64,000 bases of DNA from Pseudomonadota bacterium (GCA_027623205.1 JAQBYC010000002.1:7657-71656); one strand, 5' to 3'. Numbered from the stretch's first letter, positions 1-10,982 are shown. Numbers and translations: made by a program. Notes: generated by a model from the letters alone, not told the origin.

Positions 1-1733
1 CGGAATATGACGCCGCCGCCTTCGGCGGCCGGGGCAAATTTACCCTGACCACCACGACCCAGATGCCCAATATCATATGCGAGCAGTTGGCCAACGATGT
101 CTTCCGCGTCGACCGTGAACAGGTCCGGGTGCTGGTGCGCGATGTGGGTGGCGGATTTGGTGGTAAGAATTCACTGTTTCCGGAATATCCTCTTTGCCTG
201 CTGGCGGCCCGGGACCTGGGCCGGCCGGTGAAGTGGATCGGTCAGCGGTCGGACGCCTTCGTGACCGATTTCCATGGCCGGGACAACGTGATGCGCGGTG
301 AAATGGCCTTTGACGCGCAGGGGCATTTACTGGCGGTGCGTGTGGCGAGCCAGGCGGACATGGGCGCCTATACCGCGGGCCGGGGCGTCGTTTCGCCGGT
401 CAACGGCATGGTGATGCTGTCCAATTGTTACCGTATTCCTCGGATCCATGCCGAGGTCTGGGCCCGCCATACCAATACGGTGCCGACCGACCCCTACCGG
501 GGCGCGGGCCGGCCCGAGGTTTTGTTCATGATCGAACGCCTGATGGATGTAGCCGCCGGTGAGATGAACATCGACCGTGTTGAACTGCGGCGGCGCAATC
601 TGATCCCGCGCGAGGATTTCCCCTACGCCTCGCCTACGGGTTTGAACTATGACCTGTGTGACTTTACCACGGTGATGGACGGCGCCATGGACAAGGCCGA
701 TTGGCGGGGTTTCGAGGAACGCCGGCGGGCGGCGCGGGAACGAGGCCGTCTGCGCGGCATCGGCATGGCCAATTATATTGAACGCTGCGGCGGCGGCGCG
801 GGTTTAAGCGAGGCGGCGAGGCTGGAATTCGATGCCGAGGGCGGGGTTACCGTCTATTCCGGCGCCATGGCGAACGGACAGGCGCACGAGACCGCATTCA
901 GCCAAATTCTGCATCATTATTTTGATCTGCCGTTTGATAAGATCCGCGTGGTCGAGGGCGATACGGACCTCATTGCCACTGGCACGGGGACCGGCGGATC
1001 CTGGTCTATTCCCATGGGCGGCGGCGCCATCAGCCTGGCCTCGGAGCAGGTGATCGAAAAGGCCAAGCGCATTGCCGCGCATCTATTGGAAGCGCCGGCC
1101 GCCGATATGGAATTCGCCGACGGCCAGTTCAAGGTCGCCGGCACCGACCTGCACATCTCGTGGCGGGAAGTCGTGCGCGCCAGCCGCGATCCCAGCCAAC
1201 TGCCCGGCGGCGAAGAACCGGGTCTCGATACTGAAGCCCGCTTCACGCCGGCGAATTTCACCTATCCCTATGGCTGCCATATCGCCGAGGTGGAGGTTGA
1301 CCCCGACACCGGCGCGACCGAACTGGTCGCCTATCACTGCATGCATGATTTTGGCGTGGTTTTGAACCCGCTGCTGCTGGCCGGTCAGGTTCAGGGCGGT
1401 CTGGCCCAGGGTATCGGCCAGGCCTTGATGGAACATACGGCCTATGATGACGCAGGACAGTTGTTATCCGGTTCGTTCATGGACTACCGCCTGCCCAGGG
1501 CGGACGATCTGCCTGATCTGAATTTCGCGGCTCATGTCACGCCAAGCCCGCAAAATCTGCTGGGGATCAAGGGTTGTGGCGAAGCCGGGGCTGCCGGCGC
1601 GCCTCCCGCGGTGATCAATGCCTTGGCCGACGCCTTGCGCGACCATGGCATCCGTCATATCGACATGCCGGCAACCTCGGAACGGGTTTGGTCGGCGATG
1701 CAGTCGGCGGCGACCGCAAGGCCCGGCGCATAG
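1..1733 (+). CDS. Xanthine dehydrogenase family molybdopterin-binding large subunit (CoxL form II-like), 5'-truncated by window edge
   Basis: Frame 3 is open from base 3 with no stop. Contains the GGGFGGK motif. The active-site loop is PYRGAGRPE (form II CODH-like AYRGAGR type, not the form I VAYRCSFR). The C-terminal dimerisation region is typical of XdhB/CoxL. Confidence 0.7.
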   Translation, partial: EYDAAAFGGRGKFTLTTTTQMPNIICEQLANDVFRVDREQVRVLVRDVGGGFGGKNSLFPEYPLCLLAARDLGRPVKWIGQRSDAFVTDFHGRDNVMRGEMAFDAQGHLLAVRVASQADMGAYTAGRGVVSPVNGMVMLSNCYRIPRIHAEVWARHTNTVPTDPYRGAGRPEVLFMIERLMDVAAGEMNIDRVELRRRNLIPREDFPYASPTGLNYDLCDFTTVMDGAMDKADWRGFEERRRAARERGRLRGIGMANYIERCGGGAGLSEAARLEFDAEGGVTVYSGAMANGQAHETAFSQILHHYFDLPFDKIRVVEGDTDLIATGTGTGGSWSIPMGGGAISLASEQVIEKAKRIAAHLLEAPAADMEFADGQFKVAGTDLHISWREVVRASRDPSQLPGGEEPGLDTEARFTPANFTYPYGCHIAEVEVDPDTGATELVAYHCMHDFGVVLNPLLLAGQVQGGLAQGIGQALMEHTAYDDAGQLLSGSFMDYRLPRADDLPDLNFAAHVTPSPQNLLGIKGCGEAGAAGAPPAVINALADALRDHGIRHIDMPATSERVWSAMQSAATARPGA

Positions 1734-1957
1734 ATGAAGATCCAAGAACGTGGGCCGTCAATACGCGCACCAAGGCGCGACGAATTTCCTTGCGCCCCAA
1801 TTTCAATGTCATTTCCATATTGATTGCTGGATGCCCTCGCCTTTTGCCGCGTTTCCGCTTGGCTGATCAACAGAGGGTTGACGGCTCTCCCGGCGCAGGG
1901 AGCCGCTGACCAATGTTCCTGGACGGCGGGGTGGGAATTGCTTATATCCAGGCTACT

Positions 1958-2839
1958 ATGGGCGAGCCTGAACAAAAATTTTTGAAGATGCATGGTGCGG
2001 GCAACGACTTTGTCGTGCTGGATCTGCGCCGTACATCCCTGCGCATGGATGCCGCGCTGGCCCGCGCCTTGGCGGACCGGCGGAAGGGCGTGGGCTGCGA
2101 TCAGGTGATCTCGATTGAACCGTCCAACCGGGCCGATGCTTTCATGCGCATCCATAATCCCGACGGCAGTGAGGCGCAGGCCTGCGGCAACGGCACCCGC
2201 TGCGTGGCCAGCCTGCTGTTCGCGGAAAGCGGCCAGAACCATGCGGTGATCGAAACCCGGGCCGGCCTGTTGCCCAGCCGGGCGGCTGAAAACGATTGCA
2301 TTCAGGTGGATATGGGCCCGGCCTATCTGGATTGGCGGGATATCCCGTTGGCCTATGAAATGGACAGCCTGCATCTGGATCTGTCCCTTGCACCGGATCG
2401 GGGACCATTGTTGAGCGATCCCTGCGCGGTCGGCATGGGCAATCCCCATGCGGTGTTTTTTGTCGATGATTTGGATGCCGTGGATTTTGCGTCCGTCGGA
2501 CCGGTATTGGAGAACCATGCCTTGTTTCCCGAACGGGCCAATATCGGCGTGGTGCAGATGCTGGGCGCGGATCGCCTGCGCCTGCGGGTTTGGGAACGCG
2601 GCGTCGGGTTGACCCTGGCCTGCGGGTCCGGCGCCTGTGCCGCCCTGGTGGCGGCCCATCGGCGCGGCAAGTGCGGGCGCCGGGCGCGCCTGACATTGGA
2701 TGGCGGTGCCTTGATTGTCGAATGGCGTGCCGATGACGGGCATGTCCTGATGACCGGCCCAACGGCAACGGCCTATTCCGGCGTGCTGGATGACAGCCTG
2801 ATGCGCGCGGCGCTGGCAGGATCAAGATCTGTCGCATGA
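1958..2839 (+). CDS. dapF: Diaminopimelate epimerase
   Basis: [17 protein letters not shown]-terminal motif and CGNGTRC, both DapF hallmarks. The ATG at 1958 gives ~293 aa. The track ORF extends to 1913, so the start is uncertain. Stop overlaps the next start as ATGA. Confidence 0.85.
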   Translation: MGEPEQKFLKMHGAGNDFVVLDLRRTSLRMDAALARALADRRKGVGCDQVISIEPSNRADAFMRIHNPDGSEAQACGNGTRCVASLLFAESGQNHAVIETRAGLLPSRAAENDCIQVDMGPAYLDWRDIPLAYEMDSLHLDLSLAPDRGPLLSDPCAVGMGNPHAVFFVDDLDAVDFASVGPVLENHALFPERANIGVVQMLGADRLRLRVWERGVGLTLACGSGACAALVAAHRRGKCGRRARLTLDGGALIVEWRADDGHVLMTGPTATAYSGVLDDSLMRAALAGSRSVA

Positions 2840-4089
2840 AGGCCCTGGAAGTCATAAATTTCGGTTGCCGCCTGAACGCCTATGAGGCGCAGGTGATGCG
2901 TGATCAGGCGCAAAATGCCGGCTTGCGCGATGCGATCATCATCAACACCTGCGCCGTCACCAATGAGGCGGTACGTCAAGCGCGGCAGGCCATCCGCAAG
3001 GCGCGCCGAGACCGGCCGGAGGCGACCATCGTGGTGACCGGCTGCGCCGCGCAGTTGGAGCCGGGCGCTTTTGCAGCCATGGATGAAGTTGACCGGGTTC
3101 TGGGCAATCAGGAAAAACTGCAGGGGCAAAACTTTGTCACGCCCATGGATAGCAAGATCCTGGTCGATGACATCATGGCGGTAACGCAATTGGCCGGCCA
3201 TCTGGTGCCGGGCTTTGACGGCCGTGCCCGCGCCTTCGTGCAGGTGCAACAGGGCTGCGACCATCGTTGTACATTTTGCATCATTCCCTTCGCCCGCGGC
3301 CCCTCGCGCTCGGTGCCCATGGGCGCCATCGTGCGGCAAATCAGGGCGCTTGTAGAGAATGGATACAGAGAGGTGGTTCTGACCGGCGTTGATATCACGG
3401 CCTATGGCAGTGATCTGCCGGGCCGTCCCAATCTAGGGCAATTGCTGCGCCGGCTGTTACGTGCAGTGCCGGAATTGCCACGCCTGCGCTTGTCATCTTT
3501 GGATGCGGTGGAAATCGATCCGGAACTGGAGCGGCTGCTGCTGGGCGAGGAAAGGGTAATGCCCCACCTTCATCTTAGCTTGCAGGCGGGCGATGACATG
3601 ATTTTGAAGCGCATGGCCCGCCGTCATAGCCGGGCCCAGGCCGTGGATTTATGTCAACGCCTGCGCGCCGGCCGCCCTGATATGGTGTTTGGCGCCGATC
3701 TGATCGCCGGTTTTCCCACCGAGACCGAAGTGCAGTTCCAGAATTCCCTGTCCTTGATCGACGACTGCGGCCTGACCTATTTGCATGTCTTTCCCTATTC
3801 CGAGCGGCCGGGCACCCCGGCGGCCCGCATGCCCCAGGTGCGTGGGGAAGAGCGGCGGCGGCGCGCCGCCCTGCTGCGGAAAAAGGGCGCGTCGGTACTG
3901 GCCGAATTCCTGGCCTCGCGGGTCGGCGGAACCTGCCGCATGTTGTTGGAACGGCCGGGCGCGGGCCGTAGCGAACAATTCGCGCTGATTGAGCTTGATC
4001 AGACCATCGCCGCCCCGGATAGCGGCATCGTCAACGCCGAGATTATCGCCGCGACCCATGACCGGTTGATCGGACGTCTGGCTGCATGA
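2836..4089 (+). CDS. mtaB: Radical-SAM tRNA methylthiotransferase, MtaB-like (MiaB/RimO family)
   Basis: N-terminal MTTase domain ([18 protein letters not shown]). Radical-SAM CxxxCxxC ([11 protein letters not shown]). TRAM-like C-terminus. Sits in the dapF-mtaB-ftsY arrangement known from alphaproteobacteria. ATGA overlaps with both neighbours. Confidence 0.75.
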   Translation: MKALEVINFGCRLNAYEAQVMRDQAQNAGLRDAIIINTCAVTNEAVRQARQAIRKARRDRPEATIVVTGCAAQLEPGAFAAMDEVDRVLGNQEKLQGQNFVTPMDSKILVDDIMAVTQLAGHLVPGFDGRARAFVQVQQGCDHRCTFCIIPFARGPSRSVPMGAIVRQIRALVENGYREVVLTGVDITAYGSDLPGRPNLGQLLRRLLRAVPELPRLRLSSLDAVEIDPELERLLLGEERVMPHLHLSLQAGDDMILKRMARRHSRAQAVDLCQRLRAGRPDMVFGADLIAGFPTETEVQFQNSLSLIDDCGLTYLHVFPYSERPGTPAARMPQVRGEERRRRAALLRKKGASVLAEFLASRVGGTCRMLLERPGAGRSEQFALIELDQTIAAPDSGIVNAEIIAATHDRLIGRLAA

Positions 4090-5018
4090 AGATGGATAAG
4101 CCTGGGCTGTTTTCCCGTCTGAAGGCCGGACTTAGCCGTACGGCGGGCAATTTCAACGCCGGCCTGACGTCGGTTTTTACCAAACGCAGGCTGGACGCGG
4201 CGGCGCTGGAGGAGTTGGAGGATCTGTTGATCGCGGCGGACCTTGGTCCGGCGGTTGCCGCGCGGGTCAGCGGCAAGCTGGCGGCCGAGCGGTTCGACAA
4301 GGAAATCAGCGAGCACGAGATCAAGGCGGCCCTGGCTGAAGTGATGACCGAAATATTGGAGCCGGTGGCCCGGCCCCTTGCCATAGATAGTACAAACCGG
4401 CCACATGTGATTTTGGTCGTCGGTGTAAACGGCACCGGAAAGACCACGACCATAGGCAAAATCGCGCATAATTTGCGGGCGGAAGGCAAATCCGTCGTCA
4501 TGGCCGCCGCCGATACTTTCCGCGCCGCCGCCATAGAACAGTTGGAGGTTTGGGGCCAACGCTCGGCCGCGACCGTGGTCCGGCGCGACGTTGGTGCCGA
4601 TCCGGCGGCGGTCGCCTATGAGGGTTTGCAGCAAGCCCAGGCCCTGAATGCCGATGTACTTTTGGTGGACACCGCCGGGCGTCTGCAAAACAAGGCCGGT
4701 CTGATGGATGAACTGGCCAAGGTGGTGCGGGTGCTAGGCAAGTTGGATGCAAAGGCGCCCCACGATTGCCTTTTGGTACTGGATGCGACCACCGGTCAAA
4801 ACGCGCTGCGTCAGGTTGAGGTCTTTGCCGATGTCTGTAACGTTACCGGTTTGGCAATGACCAAATTGGATGGAACCGCCCGGGGCGGCGTGCTGGTCGC
4901 CGTCGCGGAACGCTTTACCTTACCTGTACATTATATCGGTATCGGCGAAGGCATAGATGATTTGCAGCCCTTCGCGGCCACGCCATTTGCACGCGCGGTG
5001 GCAGGATTGGACGGCTGA
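4086..5018 (+). CDS. ftsY: Signal recognition particle receptor FtsY (short form, NG domain)
   Basis: GVNGTGKTTTIGKIA P-loop, DTAGR and TKLDGTARGG motifs. 310 aa. Confidence 0.85.
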   Translation: MKMDKPGLFSRLKAGLSRTAGNFNAGLTSVFTKRRLDAAALEELEDLLIAADLGPAVAARVSGKLAAERFDKEISEHEIKAALAEVMTEILEPVARPLAIDSTNRPHVILVVGVNGTGKTTTIGKIAHNLRAEGKSVVMAAADTFRAAAIEQLEVWGQRSAATVVRRDVGADPAAVAYEGLQQAQALNADVLLVDTAGRLQNKAGLMDELAKVVRVLGKLDAKAPHDCLLVLDATTGQNALRQVEVFADVCNVTGLAMTKLDGTARGGVLVAVAERFTLPVHYIGIGEGIDDLQPFAATPFARAVAGLDG

Positions 5019-5421
5019 GCCGCACCCCCGCCCGTCCTCGCCAACGCCTAATTATACTCACCAGAATTATAATTATTTGATAATAATAGTGCTTAAGTCG
5101 TAATGCTGAATTATTATCAACAGGGAAATCGTATGCGGAATCGCAGATGCTCGGATCTGTTTGTAACGTTTTTATAATTGCGCTACAATTCTGCCGTGAA
5201 CGAAGGATTGGCATTACGACATTTTCAATCTTGAAATTGGTGGCGACGGCAGCTCTATGGTTGCAGGCTGCCTTTATGGCGTTGTCCGCCTTGAGGCGCT
5301 GACATGATCAAAAATCGCTGGTCTTGATTCGAGGAATATCGAAAATGGATCGGCAACGGATTTTGTTTCGTATATCGAACACGTTAAGGTCGGCTGCGTT
5401 CATTTTGTGACGGGAATAAGG
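5019..5421 (+). promoter_or_regulatory. AT-rich (~38% GC) long leader / promoter region upstream of an orphan response regulator
   Basis: A ~400-bp stretch far below the window GC. Contains the palindromes AATTGcgctaCAATT and aattataattatt. No convincing ORF. Confidence 0.3.
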
Positions 5422-6135
5422 ATGCTGGGACGAATTCTAATTGTCGATGACGACCCTGATATGCGTTTGGTTTTGCGCGATCATTTAGAAGCCGAAGGGT
5501 TCGATGTCGCCGAGGCCGCCAACGGTGCCGAGATGCGCGTGGTTATTGAACGGAATACGGTAGACCTTGTAATCCTCGACCTGCAATTGCCCGACGAAGA
5601 CGGCTTGAATTTGGCCAAGGTTCTGCGTGAAAAAACCGACGCAGGTATCATCATGCTGACGGGCAAGGGTACAACCGTTGATATGGTCGTCGGCTTGGAA
5701 GTCGGCGCTGATGACTACATGGCCAAACCCTTCAAGTCGAGGGAATTGCTGGCCCGCATTCGCAGCGTGCTGCGCCGTACCAAGGAAGCGCGCAACGCAA
5801 AGCCGGGAACCGGCGGCGGCATCGTGCGCTTCCAGGGCTGGCGCTTTGAAAGCGCATTTCAACGTTTGACCGGCCCTCAAGGGCAAGATTCGGTGTTGAC
5901 GGCGGGGGAATCCCGCTTGCTGCAAACCTTGATTGATAACATAGGTAAAACGGTGGAACGGGATATCCTGCACCGCGAGGCGCTGGGTTACGCCATGCAA
6001 GCCAACAGCCGGAATATTGATGTCCTGGTCGGCCGCTTACGGCGCAAACTGAACAGCGATGGCACCAAGGAAAACCTGATCAATTCTGTCCGTGGTATCG
6101 GCTATGAGTTTATCGGCAAAATCGACCGCGATTAG
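5422..6135 (+). CDS. OmpR-family two-domain response regulator (REC + winged helix), orphan
   Basis: ILIVDDD receiver start with the phospho-acceptor D in LILDLQLPDEDG and KPF. C-terminal wHTH (VRGIGYEF). A GTG at 5407 is possible, but the ATG at 5422 gives the canonical N-terminus. No histidine kinase is adjacent. Confidence 0.8.
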   Translation: MLGRILIVDDDPDMRLVLRDHLEAEGFDVAEAANGAEMRVVIERNTVDLVILDLQLPDEDGLNLAKVLREKTDAGIIMLTGKGTTVDMVVGLEVGADDYMAKPFKSRELLARIRSVLRRTKEARNAKPGTGGGIVRFQGWRFESAFQRLTGPQGQDSVLTAGESRLLQTLIDNIGKTVERDILHREALGYAMQANSRNIDVLVGRLRRKLNSDGTKENLINSVRGIGYEFIGKIDRD

Positions 6136-6154
6136 ACCATTTTCGATACATCAG

Positions 6155-6228
6155 GGTCGCGAACGCAGCACACGTAATTGCTCTATTCTGAACGTTCTGA
6201 GCACATTCGATCCGCCTGGGCTCTCTAG
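6155..6228 (+). repeat. Intergenic repeat family copy A (5'-shortened), + orientation
   Basis: The core ...gtcgcgaacgcagcacacgtaattgctctattctgaacgttctgagcacattcgatcc...ctctag matches copies B-G. Its 3' CTAG contains the ppdK stop codon. Confidence 0.6.
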
Positions 6229-8906
6229 CGCGAGGCTGAACCATCTGACAATTTCGCCACTGCTTGCGCCGCGGCAAGGCGGGCAATAGGCACCCGAAAG
6301 GGCGAGCAGGACACATAATCCAGGCCAATGGATTGGCAAAAGGCAATGGACGCAGGGTCGCCGCCGTGTTCGCCGCAGATACCCAGCTTTAAATCCGGGC
6401 GGGTCCTGCGTCCCCGCTTGGCCGCCAGCTCCACCAGTTCGCCGACGCCATCCCTGTCCAGTGTCGCGAACGGGTCGGCTTCCAGAATGCCCTTGCTCCG
6501 GTAGTCTGGCAGAAATCCGGCGGAATCATCACGACTGATGCCAAATACAGTCTGGGTCAGATCATTCGTTCCGAACGAGAAGAATTCAGCTGCTTCCGCA
6601 ATTTCTCCGGCCCGCAGGGCGGCCCGGGGCAATTCGATCATGGTGCCGATCAGATAATCCAGTTTGCCGCCCCGTTCGGCTGAAACCCGTTCGGCCACGG
6701 CGGCAATACGTTCCTGCAGGAAGACGAACTCCGCCTTGCTGGCGATCAGGGGGATCATGACCTCCGGCACCACCGCTTCGCCTTGCGCGGCACCGACGAT
6801 CGCGGCTGCCTCGAAGATGGCCCGGGCCTGCATCTCGTAAATTTCCGGATAGGAAATGCCCAGGCGGCAGCCGCGATGGCCCAACATCGGATTGTATTCA
6901 TGTAGCTGGTTGGCTCGATGGCGCAAATCCTCGACCGAGGTCCCCGTCACGGCGGCCAGTTGCGCCAGTTCACCGTCGGACTTCGGCAGGAATTCATGCA
7001 ACGGCGGATCCAATAACCGGATCGTCACCGGCAAGCCGGACATGATGGTGAACAGATCAATGAAATCCTGCCGCTGCATGGGCAGAATCTTGGCCAGGGC
7101 CGCTTGCCGGCCCGCGAGATCCTGGGCCAGAATCATTTCGCGCACAGCCAGAATACGCTCGGTATCGAAGAACATGTGCTCGGTGCGGCACAGTCCGATG
7201 CCTTCAGCGCCGAACCCAATCGCCGCCCTGGCATCCGCTGGCGTTTCGGCATTGGTGCGAACGCCAAGTTGGCGGATCTCGTCCGCCCAGCCCATCAGGG
7301 TGCCAAAGTCGCCGGACATTTCGGGCTGTATCGTCTTAACCTCGCCCAACATGACCTCACCGCTGCTGCCGTCAATAGTGATGACGTCGCCGGCGGCAAT
7401 AGTGATGTCGCCAATGTGCATCGTTTGCGTTTGGTAATCGATCCGCAATTGCCCGGCGCCTGATACACAGGGCCGGCCCATACCGCGGGCAACCACCGCC
7501 GCATGGCTGGTCATGCCGCCGCGTGAGGTCAGGATGCCGCGCGCCGCGTGCATCCCATGGATATCTTCCGGCGAGGTTTCGATCCGTACCAGCAGGATAT
7601 TCTCGCCAGCGTCCGCCAGGGTCACGGCCTGATCGGCGGTAAAGGCAACCTTGCCCGTGGCAGCGCCAGGAGACGCGGGCAAACCGCGGGTCATAACCTG
7701 CCGCATTGCGTTCGGATCCAAAGTGGGGTGCAATAATTGATCCAACGAATCCGGATCGACCCGGTTTATGGCTTCTTCTCGGCTCAACAGTCCTTCCTGC
7801 GCCATTTCCACGGCGATTTTTATCGCGGCACCGGCGGTGCGCTTGCCGGACCGGGTTTGCAGCATGTAAAGGCTGCCCCGCTGCACCGTGAACTCGATGT
7901 CCTGCATATCCCGATAATGGGCTTCCAGGCGTTGATAGATTGCTTCCAACTCGGCGAAAACCGCGGGCATCACCTCTTCCAGAGACGGCTTGTCATCATT
8001 GGCATTCTGGCGCGCGGCCTTGGTTAAATGCTGCGGCGTCCGGATTCCGGCAACCACATCTTCGCCCTGGGCATTGATCAGATACTCACCGAAAAAGCAT
8101 CTGTCGCCGGTGGAAGGATCGCGGGTGAAGGCAACACCCGTGGCCGAATCCTCGCCCATGTTGCCGAACACCATGGCCTGAATATTGACGGCCGTGCCCC
8201 AACTGGCCGGGATATCATGCAGGCGGCGATAGGTGACGGCGCGGGCATTCTGCCAGGACCCGAAAACGGCACCGATGGCGCCCCAGAGCTGGGCGTTCAC
8301 ATCCTGGGGGAAGGCTTCCGACCCTTCACTTTCCACCTTGGCCTTGAATTGATCGACCAGTTGACGCAGATCGTCCGCCGAAAGGGCGGTATCCAGTTGC
8401 AGGCCCAGGTTCTCTTTATGGACCTCCAACAATTCCTCAAAATGATAATGGTCAATACCCAGAACGACATCGGAGTACATTTGGATGAAGCGGCGATAGC
8501 TGTCCCAGGCAAAACGTTCATTGCCGCTTTGCCTGGCCAACGCCAAAACAGTGAGATCGTTCAGCCCCAGGTTCAACACCGTGTCCATCATGCCAGGCAT
8601 AGAGGCCCGGGCGCCGGAGCGGACGGAAACCAGCAACGGATTGTCATGATCGCCGAACTTTGCGCCCGCGAGCCTCTCCATTTCCGCCAGGGCGGCGGCG
8701 GCCTGATCCCGCAAGCCGCAGGGATAGGTTTCATCATTGTCATAATAGGCGGTGCAGACCTCGGTGGTCAGGGTAAAGCCAGGCGGCACCGGCAGGCCCA
8801 AGCTGGACATCTCGGCAAGATTGGCGCCCTTGCCACCCAGTAAATTCTTGTCAGCCGCGCTGCCATCGGCCCGGCCATCGCCAAAGCTGTAAACCCATTT
8901 CGTCAT
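6225..8906 (-). CDS. ppdK: Pyruvate, phosphate dikinase
   Basis: 893 aa. N-terminal ATP-grasp (GGKGANLAEM), central phospho-His domain (GGMTSHAAVVARGMG) and C-terminal PEP-utilising TIM barrel. Confidence 0.9.
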   Translation of the reverse strand: MTKWVYSFGDGRADGSAADKNLLGGKGANLAEMSSLGLPVPPGFTLTTEVCTAYYDNDETYPCGLRDQAAAALAEMERLAGAKFGDHDNPLLVSVRSGARASMPGMMDTVLNLGLNDLTVLALARQSGNERFAWDSYRRFIQMYSDVVLGIDHYHFEELLEVHKENLGLQLDTALSADDLRQLVDQFKAKVESEGSEAFPQDVNAQLWGAIGAVFGSWQNARAVTYRRLHDIPASWGTAVNIQAMVFGNMGEDSATGVAFTRDPSTGDRCFFGEYLINAQGEDVVAGIRTPQHLTKAARQNANDDKPSLEEVMPAVFAELEAIYQRLEAHYRDMQDIEFTVQRGSLYMLQTRSGKRTAGAAIKIAVEMAQEGLLSREEAINRVDPDSLDQLLHPTLDPNAMRQVMTRGLPASPGAATGKVAFTADQAVTLADAGENILLVRIETSPEDIHGMHAARGILTSRGGMTSHAAVVARGMGRPCVSGAGQLRIDYQTQTMHIGDITIAAGDVITIDGSSGEVMLGEVKTIQPEMSGDFGTLMGWADEIRQLGVRTNAETPADARAAIGFGAEGIGLCRTEHMFFDTERILAVREMILAQDLAGRQAALAKILPMQRQDFIDLFTIMSGLPVTIRLLDPPLHEFLPKSDGELAQLAAVTGTSVEDLRHRANQLHEYNPMLGHRGCRLGISYPEIYEMQARAIFEAAAIVGAAQGEAVVPEVMIPLIASKAEFVFLQERIAAVAERVSAERGGKLDYLIGTMIELPRAALRAGEIAEAAEFFSFGTNDLTQTVFGISRDDSAGFLPDYRSKGILEADPFATLDRDGVGELVELAAKRGRRTRPDLKLGICGEHGGDPASIAFCQSIGLDYVSCSPFRVPIARLAAAQAVAKLSDGSASR

Positions 8907-8911
8907 GGCAA

Positions 8912-10981
8912 TCAGCCTTCAACCTCGCTGAAATCAGCAACCTTGTGCAAGGTCGCGCGAATTAGCGACAACAGGCGCAAACGATTGCCTCTTTGCGCGG
9001 CATCGTCGGTATTGACGGTCACGGCATCAAAGAAGTTATCAACCGGTTGCCGCAAACCGGCCATCACCGCCATGGCGACGGCGAAATCCTCCGCCGCAAG
9101 GGCGGCATCGATCTTGGCTACGGACGAGGAAAGCGCCTCGGCCAAGGCCACTTCCTCATCCTGTTGCAACAACGAATCATCAACGGCGCCGTCATGCACC
9201 ATGCCGTCTCGTTTTTCCTCAATGCGCAGGATATTGGCGGCGCGGCGATAGGCCACCAGCAGATTGGCGCCATCCTCACTGCCCAGAAACCCATCAAGGG
9301 CGGTCATCCGCGCCAGCAAGCGGACCAGATCGTCTTCGCCGCCCAGGGCGAAAATCGCCTGTGCGAGGTCGTGCCGCATGCCCGTTTCCCGCAAATGTAC
9401 CTTCAGACGGTCGGCGAAGAAATCCAACAGGCTATGACCTTCTTCCGCCTCTTCCTGTTCCTCGCCGAACTCATAGCTGCCCCGCGCCGTTGCGAATATA
9501 TCTTGCAGCGGCAGGCGCAGCCCGTTCTCCAACACGATGCGGATCACGCCCAGGGCGGCGCGGCGCAGGGCGAAGGGATCGCGGGAACCCGTGGGCTTTT
9601 CGCCGATAAACCAGAATCCGACCAGGGTATCCAGCTTGTCCGCCAGGGCAACACAGGCCGCCGTCGGCGCATGCGGGCAAGCATCGGACGGCCCAGCCGG
9701 GGAATAATGCTGCTGGATCGCGTCAGCCACCGCTTCAACCTCGCCGTCGTTGAGGGCGTAATAACGTCCCATCACGCCCTGGACTTCCGGAAATTCATAG
9801 ACCATGTCGCTGACCAGATCGGCCTTGCACAAATGCGCGGCGCGTCCGGCCAACTCGCCATTCGCGCCGGGCACGTATCGCGCCAGCGCGGCGGCCAGTT
9901 TTTCCATGCGCGTGACTTTTTCGCGCAGGGTGCCCAGTTTGGCGTGAAAGACCATCTCGTTCAGGGCCGGAAGTCTGCTTTCCAGGGATTTTTTTAGATC
10001 CTGTGTCCAAAAAAACTCCGCGTCCGCCAGGCGGGCGCTCAAGACATATTCATTACCGGCAATAATCTGCCCGCCGCCGTCCCGCGCTTCCAAATTCGCC
10101 ACCGTGATGAAATTCGGCGCCAGCTTTCCGTCGCCATCGCGCAAGGACAGGTATTTCTGGTTCACCTTCATGGTGGTCATCAGAACCTCTGCCGGGACAT
10201 CCAGGAAACGGCGGTCAAAAACGCCCAACATGGGCACCGGCCATTCCACCAGGCCGGCGATTTCGTCTACCAGGCCATCGTCGGCTACCAAGGTCAGGCC
10301 GGCAGCCTGTGCCAGCTGCGCCGCGCCGTCCGCGATGCGCTGCCGCCGTTCCTCGGGATCTATCAGCACTTTCGCCGCGAACAGGCTCTCGCGGTAGCCG
10401 GCAAAATCGGAAACGGTAAACGGCTCCGGCGCATGAAAGCGATGGCCCCGTGTTTTACTGTCACTGTCGATGCCGGCAAATGTCAACGGCACGACCGCCC
10501 CGCCGAACAAGGCCAGGATAGAATGCAAGGGGCGCACCCAACGGGTCGTGCCGCTGCCCCAGCGCATGGACTTGGGCCAGGGCAGATCCGCGAAGGCAGC
10601 AGGCAGTATCTCGGCCAGGACATCGCCCGTGGGCCGGCCCTGGCGTTCGATAATGGCAAAGAGGAAGGTACCCTTGGGCGTCTCCCGTTCTTCGCATTGC
10701 GCCCGGGTAACCCCGCTGCCGCGCAAGAAACCCTCGATGGCTTTATCCGGCGCATCCACCCGAGGGCCCCGCCGTTCCTCGCATACATCCGGTTGGGCAA
10801 GAGGCAGGCCGGTGACATGTAGAATAAGGCGGCGCGGCGTGACAAATGCCTTCGCCCTCTCGAAGGGTAATCCCGCCTCCTGCAGACCGGCACGGGTCAA
10901 CCGTTTCAGATCGTCCGCCGCGCGGCCCTGCATGCGGGCTGGAATTTCTTCGCCAAACAATTCCAACAACAGTTCCGCCAT
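8912..10981 (-). CDS. glyS: Glycine--tRNA ligase beta subunit
   Basis: 689 aa. The MAELLLELFGEEIPARMQ N-terminus is typical of GlyS. Only 5 bp before the ppdK start. Confidence 0.9.
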   Translation of the reverse strand: MAELLLELFGEEIPARMQGRAADDLKRLTRAGLQEAGLPFERAKAFVTPRRLILHVTGLPLAQPDVCEERRGPRVDAPDKAIEGFLRGSGVTRAQCEERETPKGTFLFAIIERQGRPTGDVLAEILPAAFADLPWPKSMRWGSGTTRWVRPLHSILALFGGAVVPLTFAGIDSDSKTRGHRFHAPEPFTVSDFAGYRESLFAAKVLIDPEERRQRIADGAAQLAQAAGLTLVADDGLVDEIAGLVEWPVPMLGVFDRRFLDVPAEVLMTTMKVNQKYLSLRDGDGKLAPNFITVANLEARDGGGQIIAGNEYVLSARLADAEFFWTQDLKKSLESRLPALNEMVFHAKLGTLREKVTRMEKLAAALARYVPGANGELAGRAAHLCKADLVSDMVYEFPEVQGVMGRYYALNDGEVEAVADAIQQHYSPAGPSDACPHAPTAACVALADKLDTLVGFWFIGEKPTGSRDPFALRRAALGVIRIVLENGLRLPLQDIFATARGSYEFGEEQEEAEEGHSLLDFFADRLKVHLRETGMRHDLAQAIFALGGEDDLVRLLARMTALDGFLGSEDGANLLVAYRRAANILRIEEKRDGMVHDGAVDDSLLQQDEEVALAEALSSSVAKIDAALAAEDFAVAMAVMAGLRQPVDNFFDAVTVNTDDAAQRGNRLRLLSLIRATLHKVADFSEVEG

Positions 10982-10982
10982 G

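Noticed and set aside
1734-1957. Possible additional degenerate repeat fragment (gcgccccaatttcaatg...) between the CoxL-like gene and dapF.
   Set aside because: Only a short, weak resemblance to the 5' end of the family. It lacks the CTCTATTCTGA core.
1655-2743. 362-aa ORF antisense to dapF.
   Set aside because: Low-complexity R/A/G-rich translation with no motifs. It is entirely antisense to a confidently identified gene. A GC-driven open frame.
5303-5409. Tiny upstream ORFs (7 and 21 codons) in the response-regulator leader as possible leader peptides.
   Set aside because: No Shine-Dalgarno support and no attenuator-like alternative hairpins. Too speculative.
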